A program made the position numbers and the translations under genes. 64,000 bases of DNA from Geosiphon pyriformis uo1 (Eukaryota; Fungi; Glomeromycota). Below the pieces are notes generated by a model, which had not been told where the DNA came from, did not search any database, and saw only the letters and a list, made by a program, of their open reading frames with translations. The stretch is from the NCBI GenBank assembly GCA_016748015.1, contig JAAOMT010000649.1:64440-128439 (forward strand), given 5' to 3'. Shown one piece after another: positions 55,001 to 64,000 of this stretch (position 1 is its first letter; every line of letters begins with the position of its first letter).

Positions 55001-56834
55001 TAAGAATTAATTTAGAATTTCAATATTAATAATAAATAAATAAAAACTTATTGATTTTTAAATTGTAAATTTTTAAAAAATAATAATAATTAATATAAAA
55101 TCAATTATTTTATATTTCTTATGAATAATAAAAGATATTAATAATAAAAAATATTGTTTAAATGGAAATCTAACATATGTTTAATATCTGTTTTTTTAAG
55201 ATTATTTAAATTCCTTAAAACTATCATTTATTTTAAACTTATTAAATAAGTTTTTTATTAATAAAACCAAATAAAAAATTGGTATTAAATATTATATTCA
55301 ATTGTGAAACATTATTTAATAAATTCGTATAGTATAAAAAATAAAAAGTATTTACAAGCAAAATCATAATTTCAATTTATTAACTTGACTGTTAAAATTT
55401 CCAATATATAATATGTATATTAAATTTTATAAATTAAGTTTGAAATCAGAATAAACATTTACAAAAAGTGTATTTAAAAAAAATTACTTGATGCTAAAAA
55501 TATTAATAAAATTTAGAATTATTATACAGAATACTTCCAAAAAATAACATCTTATTTAAATTAAGAAAAAAATTTCAGATTTAATTTATTTTTTACAATT
55601 TATATACCAAAATAAAAAATATTTCTAATTAATGTCTTGTTAATCCTTTGTTTGATTTTTTGCAGTATTAATTAATGCTTTATTTTGTCAAAAATCACAT
55701 TCTGAAATGAAAACAAGTTAGTTTTTAGATTTTTAAGGTAAGTAATTGTATTTATTTTTTCCCATTGTTTTTGTGATCACCCACAAAATACCAATGATTA
55801 TTTTAATTTTTTCACAAAAGACCTCCAAAATTATTATGGATTTTATATACTTTGAAAGTAAATACTGAACAATAAGCATTAAAATTTTCCAAATTTTTAG
55901 TTGTTGTAATTGCTTCCCAATTTCAATTGTAAATGTTCTTATTTTTATTTTCTTTGCATCATCTAACATAATATATAAGTATGTATTTCTGAGATATAAA
56001 TTTTTTTTGCTGCAATATGTGAGTCAAGTCCATAATTAGAAAGTACATTTGCAATAGTTGACAAACTAAATTTGAGACCCAATTTTGTAGAGTGATACAT
56101 ATCTTTTTTGAAAAATAGTATGTTTTCAATTTTTCCTGTTATTTGGTAATTGCTAATGAATTAATGGGGTCATGTTCAAGCATTTTTGACAGCATTTATA
56201 GGTCCCGTGTATGCCATAATCTTTCATTTGTTAATTTCATTTAGCTGTGTACGGATGGGTATCATTTTTTTACTTAACAATATTATAATATTGGAGAGTT
56301 GTAAAAAGTAGACAATTGTCAACTTTACTTGTCAAAAGAAGTGAGAAAACTTGATATCTTGATTTTTTAAGTGGTTATGCAAAATCGGGCATTACTTTTT
56401 GGGACCTTAGCATTGAAATTTAAATTGCGAATATTAACTGTGACGTATAGATAATCATTTTTATCACACTTCGATTATTTATAATTAATTTTTATCATCA
56501 TACCAAATTAAATATTCATAACATTTTGCAAATTCAATTTTTCTTATTAACTTTGTCACATTTACATAAATTACACTCTAAATTTCATTATCAAAGAGAT
56601 ATTTAGTTTTAAAGCGGACCTGAACGATTCTTTTGCACAACCAGTTTTTATATTTAAACTTGAATGAAATTTGGTGATATAATACCTATAAAGAAAAAAT
56701 TCCTTTCCCTCCCAAAGTGCAAAGACTTTTTGATATATGATGATCGATCTGTATCACGGAAATCAGATGCAAACGTATAATTGATGCAAATGATAAGCAA
56801 CATGGGTTTTCAGATCGATTCACTACCTTTCAAA

Positions 56835-59213
56835 ATGAGTGAATACGCGAACAACTTTGTCGAATCGGAACAAAATGAAGCGAAAGCTGAAAACTCCAAA
56901 GAAGCTGCAAATAAGTTGTTTCAGGGTTCGTTGGTCTTAAGGTCTTTTTGTGGATTAATTATGGCCTCAAGGAGAAAAATGATAAAACCGTATCCACTTG
57001 GAACTTATTAGCGAAAAAGTATGAAGCTGCAATTGAGAAATATACCGAGGCGATCAAATTTAACCCGAAAATGGCAGCATATTATGCCAACCGTTCTCTA
57101 GCTTACATGAAGACGGAAGCTTATGGTTATGCCGTTGCTGACGCGAACGCAGCTATAGAGGTGGAACCCTCTTACGTGAAGGTAGGGAAGCTAGCAATAT
57201 ATATTGAATAGAATATTTATGATCGAAGCTCGATCAGATTCTAAACGGAAGAACTCATAAGTTGATCTTTGTAATCATTTCATATATTAGGCATACTATC
57301 GACGAGCAGCTGCTAATATGGCAATGTGTAATTTTAAAGACGCACTTCGAGATTTTCGGATAGTGAGTTTCTTTTGAAACCTTCATCCAACTTCCAATAT
57401 TAAAAACTCTCACTAACTTGGATACTTATTGAGGTGTCAAAAAAAGTACCTACAGATAAAGAGGCCAAAGCAAGGATGATCGAATGTGAAAGGATTGTGA
57501 GAAAAATAGAATTTGAAAAAGCAATACAGGTATTTGCATAAGAAAATGTATGTGCGTATATAATGTTTTTCAATTCCTTTTTTTAATTATTTAAATCCGT
57601 TGTCACGATAGGTAGATGCATCAAAAAAGTGCCTCGTTGATTCTTTAGATATTTCCGCAATGAGTGAGTAGAAAACTTGCAATAACCAACAAAAAAAGAT
57701 ATATTGCTAAATTTTCCCAATGCATTTATGAAAGATATTGAAGCATCATATGTGGGACCCAGAATGACAGATGCAGGGATCTCGGAAGATTTTATTAAAG
57801 CAATGATGGAAGCTTTTAAAAACCAAAAACTAATTCACAGAGTATATGCATATAAGGTACGAACTTTTTACAATGTCATCTGGGTAGGGTTCACAACATG
57901 ATTTAATTATCTAACCAATCAAACTATTTCAAATTGATTTATTCCAAAAGATCATACAAGCTATAAGAAAGATGATGTTACGAGAATCTTCTTTGGTAGA
58001 TGTTACAATACCACAGGACAAAACGTTAACAGTATGTGGAGATGTTCATGGTAGGGTTCTGTATTTGGAGTTCACAAAGATATCAACTTAATATCTTTAG
58101 AAGAATCACATGATTAATATCTAACTTTTGTTGAAATTCTTATCATAGGACAATACTATGATTTTATTCATATATTTGAAATGAATGGACTGCCTTCTGA
58201 AAAGAACATGTACTTGTTTAATGGCGATTTTGTAGATAGAGGCTCTTTCAGCGTCGAGGTTATTTTGACCTTGTTTGCCTATAAATGGCTGTACCCGAAC
58301 GCGATCTTTCTAACTCGTGGCAATCACGAAACAGATGACATGAATAAGGTGTATGGTTTTGAGGGTGAAGTAAAGGCAAAATATTCCGATACTATGTTCA
58401 CTCTATTTGCAGAAACTTTTGCTGCTTTACCGCTGGCCCACTTAGTTGGGCAAAAAATATTGGTTACACATGGAGGACTATTTAGTCGCGATGATGTTAC
58501 TCTTGACGAAATCAGAAAAATCGATCGTTTTCAAAGAAAACCTGAATCACAAGGAATTATGTGCGAACTTCTTTGGTCCGGTACGTTGAACAGCGGTTTT
58601 TCCGACTCTATTAACATCCAAGTTCAATATCTTTTTCATGAATTTCTAGATCCACAAGAAGCACTTGGACGCTCCCCAAGTAAACGAGGTGTTGGTATTC
58701 AATTTGGACCTGATATCACTGAAAATTTTTTGAAACGAAACAATTTAGGTAAGTCTCGATCAATAATTTAATGATTCCATTGCTGATTTATATGATTCTG
58801 ATCACTTTCTATATCTTCAAAGATCTATTAATAAGGAGTCACGAGGTCAAAGAAAATGGATATTTGATAGAGCATAACGGAAAATGTATAACAGTATTTT
58901 CAGCGCCTAACTATTGGTATGTTTTCGGGTTCATCAACTCGTTTGGATTAATGCACTGCTAACCCGATGATTTGAAATGCCTAGTGACACGATTGGAAAC
59001 AAGGGGGCATACATAAACATCTCGTCAGATCTCCAGTTAACATACAAGACATTTGAGGCTGTGGTAAGTTGAATTGTTTATTATTACATTTCAGCTCAAC
59101 TACCAATAATACCTTTTCCCGATAATATTTCTCACTGGGTTCATATATTTTAGTCTCACCCTAATATACGACCTATGGCGTATGCAAATCAATTTGGTGG
59201 TCTTTTTTCTTAA
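56835..59213 (+). CDS. PPT1: Serine/threonine protein phosphatase 5 (TPR + PPP catalytic domain), 12 exons
   Basis: Exons: 56835-56925, 57012-57181, 57291-57362, 57434-57529, 57612-57663, 57735-57856, 57951-58050, 58149-58580, 58650-58748, 58823-58916, 58985-59063, 59154-59213, all GT-AG. TPR motifs YYANRS and YVKAYYRRA. PPP motifs GDVHG, GDFVDRG, RGNHE, HGG, SAPNYC. C-terminal [11 protein letters not shown]. Confidence 0.97.
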
Positions 59214-60986
59214 CCATTGGTATCTGATTTTTCTCTTTCCGTGAAAGAGGTTGTATTTAAATCAAAAATGACATCGTCTTCTAGCGGAGAATAAATTTCC
59301 ATCTCCTTTAAATAATCGAATGCATTGAATTTTATACTTTGCATTATTAACTATTCTTTTTTTGCCGGTATCAATCTGAAGCCGCAAAGACTAATCGTAA
59401 AATTTCAAAGGTAGCAATCACAGGATATCGGATATTATAAAGGGGATTTGGCTTCATAAACTGATTATCTTACCAACTAATTTATAAGTAATCGAACTGG
59501 CAAACCAACTAAACCTCAGGTATAAAAAACTTTTAGTTGTTAATTAACTAGGTTTACCCGTTTTTGTAATGCCGATTTTATCTACATTTGTTTAATTGAC
59601 TGCTTAATAATATTTTAACGCATATAACAGGATTTTGTAATTTTTAGTTGTAATATTTTTTAAGCAAATAAATCTAAATTATTAATATTTAACAATAAAG
59701 CTAAAATTATATTAATAATATTAATTTCTAATAAAATTTTTCTTTTTTTGTTTTTTCATAATGGTTTAAAGTATTATTTTAAGCAAAAGTATTTTTATTT
59801 AGAATATAGATATATTTTTAATATGCTTGTAAGAGCGTAGTCCAACCAGAATATTTAATCAATTATTTTGTTTGATATTAATTGCTTAATTACAAATTTT
59901 TATATAATTAAAAATAAGTTTGTAAATTAATTAAAAAATATAAATAACTAATAAATGAAAATGTGAAAAAGTTGTTTAATTAATTAATTGACTGATTAAA
60001 TTATTAAAATATCGAGACATTTTTTTGTCTTTGATATTTGATCATATATTTAGCCAATTATATTTGAGAGCATTAATTAATTTTAATATTATTTTTATTA
60101 TTTTAGCGTAAAAAAAATTTAAAATGGTCAATTAAAAAACAATTAAATATTATCTTAATTATGAATTGTTTTTTCTATATATATATAAATTCAATAATAA
60201 TAAAATAAAAGTATTTATTTTAGTGTGAATAAATTAATATTTAATAATTATTTTTGAGTTTGATGAAATTTTAGTATTTAATTTATTAATTTAAATTTTT
60301 TATGATGAAACAATTATCAAGTTTATTTAAAAAATCGGAAAATTCTGATTTAAAAGAATACTTATTTTTCCCAAAATTTTGAAAACACTTTAAGTTATTA
60401 TGAATAAGTATAAATTTCTAGGCTGGAATGAATTTTTTTTTCGTACTGGCTAAATACAATGACGTGAAAAAACAATAAATTATACAATTCTTTTTTGATT
60501 TCTAAATTGATAGTAATGAGAGAAATCTTTTTTCTTACAAGTGATTTTGTTTTTAATACAAATATAAAAATTAATTTAATTTAGTGTGCTTTTTATAAAA
60601 AAAAAAAATTTTAATTTTTTTGGTGTTTTATAATGTACACATGAGTAGAGTTTAAATATGTTTTAAAAAACTGACTTGAGTATATTTAAAATTATTTTTA
60701 AGCAATTTTGCCTTAATCCTGGGCTGATCAAAAATACTGTTTTCATCTTTTAAAGGTGATGAAAGTAAACCTTCTTTTTTAGAATATTATTTTAAAATGT
60801 CTATTTTGACTATTCGAATATTGTGATTTTATGAGAAATATTTTTTGGGTCTTTTTACCCTTTGTTTGGAAATACTTTGTTTACTGATACCCAACTCATT
60901 CTTCAGGGAAGCAGTCTTGAAGTATTTATGTTTCTATAACCTCTTGGTTATCGAAGTAAATTTTTCATTATTGAATTTACATAAGA

Positions 60987-62511
60987 CTATATTAAAAGCT
61001 TTTCATTTTCACAATATCCCATCATATATCCGAAATATGGACCAAGACGTTGTACAAGGGGTTTTAAAGAATTTCGTACTGCATCCTGATTACATAACTT
61101 TAAAAACACGATATATTAATGAATGAATATCGTAAATAATGATTAAATAATCAAATTACCTTCGGCTCATGCATTAACTTTGAAAAATAGTTTCCAAAGC
61201 AAACGTAAACTTCATCTGGGATATCACAATTGCAAGAAGGATTGATCCAATACTCGTTGGTATGATGAAAAAAGTTGGGAAGTTTCGGGAGCTGTGTTAT
61301 GTAATCATCAGAATAGGTCACTCGAAATACTCTTGAATTTCCAAACTGCTTATTATCAATAAAGTTTTGATCGATTATAGTTTGTGATTCTGATCTCAAT
61401 TCTGAATTTGATTCATCTAATATTTTCTTTTCAAGTAAAGAATCGACATATTCAGCGAAGAGTAAGTTTCCGATTCGCGGAGCGCCATAAGTATATACTT
61501 CAATTGTGAATGACCTTTTACGCAAAAAGCTTTCAATCTTTTTATAAATTCGTTTAAAATCCATTGCTCCAAATAAAGCCATGACTGAAAAAATAATTTT
61601 TTAATATAATTTTTTATTAAATTCAAAAAATTAAGGGATTGAAGTTTACCTCAATTTACTCACCACCACTCAAATAATGCCCAACAAAACAAATATCTGT
61701 TATTGCCATATTTCCCTTCAATACATTAATCATTCGAGCTCTGAAAAGCAATCTTACGTTTAGATAATCTTCAAATAACTTCTTCTCCACCTTCGCATTT
61801 CTGACGTGTGGATACCCCATCTGAAACTTAAAAAGTTTCCGCCAATGAATTCCTACGCGGCGAAAATAAACAATCAAAGTTGTTTCTTGGGTTTCAAAGC
61901 CGACTTCGTGACCGTGAATAATCAAACATATATATAATCGGTAATTGATGAGGGTAACCAATAATTGGCTAAAGATTAAACTTTTAACGGTATTATATAT
62001 TAAAATATAATTTACCAAATATTTGATCATCTAATTTTTGCGCAGCATCTTTTAAGCAATATGCCTTATTGGCGTATTCTGCATAGTATTTTATTTTTAT
62101 AAACTGTGGGCTGTCTGGTGGTAATAATACTTTTTTCTGAGTCCTATTTTCATTTCGACCTGAGAAATTAATCCTTCGTAAATTTGAATAGGTATATGAT
62201 TGTTTTGATACCCTTGAATTTTTGAAAATTGAATAATTTTGATCCGCTTCGATTGAAATATTTGTTAAATTAGAGATATGGATATTTGACCCAATAATTG
62301 AGGATTTCTTTAGATCTTTTTCTAAACCAAAATGAATAGTATAATTACTCAAAGTGTAAATATATATTGTAAAAAATGGCAAGAAAATAAGAATGAAGAA
62401 AGAAAGTAAAAATTTTATTTGAAGAGGACAAAAAAAAATTTGAAATATATTTTTAGAAAATTTTGATGAAAAATTGAGAAATGAGAATTTATTATAATCA
62501 TTTGGGAACAT
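60987..62511 (-). CDS. Class 3 lipase-fold protein 3, catalytic Ser replaced by Tyr and His by Arg; 4 exons
   Basis: Exons: 62511-62016, ~61903-61664 (acceptor uncertain), 61584-61160, 61097-60987. N-terminal TM segment. Motifs YANKAYC, VYFRRV, CFVGHYLSGVMA, YTYGAPRIGN, RVTYSDDYI, YWI..CNC, LCN..QRLGPYFG. Confidence 0.82.
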
Positions 62512-64000
62512 ATTTTTGAGCTTTAAAACAAGGAATAATAAATTTATTAATGATACATTTCAAGCTTTAATTTCCTTGATCTTTTTCTAAAAGTCGTTTT
62601 ACGCTATAAAAAAAAAAAAACTTTAATTTCCCACGATGCTCAATTTTTGAATCAAATTAAAATTGAATAATAAACCATTAAGGGTAAAATTAATATTTTT
62701 TATGCTTCCATGTGACCAATATTTTTTGAATTTTAGATTGAAAAGATAATAGCATCAATTTTTACTAAATGAAATATATTTATGTATCAAAATATAAATA
62801 AAATTTTATAAATGATGAATATTTGTCTCGCAACTTCCTGGATGAAGAAAAATTTTTTAAATTTTGGATAAGTGTGGATCTTCAAGGAAAAAGGTTAATT
62901 ATTATGATTTTATATTATTCTGATTTTGAGCATTTATCGATCAAAAAAACAAAAAAAAGATTACAATTTAAATTGATGTTTTTGCGATGAGAATCATCCA
63001 TTATGAAGAAAAGATGATATAATATTTTAATTAGTGATTATTAGTTGATTACCAAAATATTGATGTATAATTAAATGTGATTTGTCATTAAAAGAGAAAA
63101 TAAACCTTTAAACAAATATTGTAAAAAGTTCTTTTCAGTAATAAATTATATTTATTTATGCAATTGTAATAGATATTTATTACCTTAATCAAAGCATTGG
63201 CACAATTTCTAGTATTATTAACGCAATTTTTAATCAAATATAAATTTAAAAATGAATTAGATGGAATCTTTTTTATTAAGTTTTTGATATCTACGGAAAC
63301 ATAGACTATTTCAGTTTTTGCAAAAAGTTTTTGAAATTCCTTTTATTTTTATTTTTGGTTTAATTTATTTTATCACAAATTAAGTTGGGAAAGCTTTGTA
63401 ACTCTTATGAATTTTACGAACCTTTAATAGAATTCAATTATCGAGTTTTCTTTTAAATTAAAAAAAGAGTTTTTTTTAAGCATTTGTTATTAATTTCATG
63501 CGGCTTTATAACTTAATTAACAATATGTTGAAAAAAATACGTTCAGTGACTGATTGATAGTTAAGTTATCCAAGTGCAAAATTATTGCTCTAAATCAACA
63601 TCAATCTATTCCAAAGTTGTAAATTATCATGGTTTGAGCATGGCTAAATTATTGAAAATTAGATACAGCCAAAAAGAATTTGCAAAATATTAAAAGAATT
63701 CAAAATACAGTATATGATACCATTCAACAAGCTTTCCAAGAGGAAATTTGTTTAATTTGTTTGTTCCAGAGCTTATTTGTTGATCTTGAACAGTTGCCAT
63801 AAAACACTAATCTAAAATACGTATCTAATATTTCTCAAAATATCAAATAACTTTAATAAAATTAATAAACTTGATTTTTTTCAAAAAAAGCTAACACATT
63901 TTAATAAAAGTTTTTTTTTGTTTAAATCTTAGCATTTAAATAATTAGAAAATTTAATTAAACTTAAAATTATTTTATTGTAATATTTATAAAAAAATTTG

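Noticed and set aside
60845-61126. 93-aa plus-strand ORF and a possible extra 3' exon of lipase-fold gene 3
   Set aside because: It is antisense to the last exon. The gene terminates at TAG 60989-60987 after the family-typical terminal Cys.

Overview
This is AT-rich, intron-containing fungal nuclear DNA. The gene families present (TKL-like kinase, Crinkler/REase-like fragment, Lipase_3 paralogues, ML-domain protein, dUTPase-bearing Gypsy, RNase H-bearing LINE) point to Glomeromycotina, plausibly Geosiphon or a relative; this is inference and no search was run. The left third (1-21.7 kb) and 39.1-51.1 kb are nests of decayed transposons: three Gypsy/LTR families, several LINE copies and a pogo-like element. 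A near full-length LINE (42393-49267, 12-bp target-site duplication, TSD) sits inside an older related LINE. Host genes are a 12-exon protein phosphatase 5 (PPT1), three secreted or membrane-anchored class 3 lipase-fold genes, a secreted ML-domain protein with a 22-unit Ser-rich hexapeptide stalk, a gap-split coiled-coil/kinase gene, and kinase and Crinkler-like pseudogenes. Two signals stand out. (1) All three lipase-fold genes, reconstructed by hand across introns, lack the catalytic serine (GHAIGG, GHGIGG, GHYLSG) yet have stop-free exons and conserved Cys and intron positions. They look like a pseudo-lipase family lying near a lipid-recognition protein. (2) The transposons show graded, indel-poor C>T/G>A hypermutation in all dinucleotide contexts, resembling RIP in a lineage where RIP is not classically recognised. 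All translations and alignments were done by eye.
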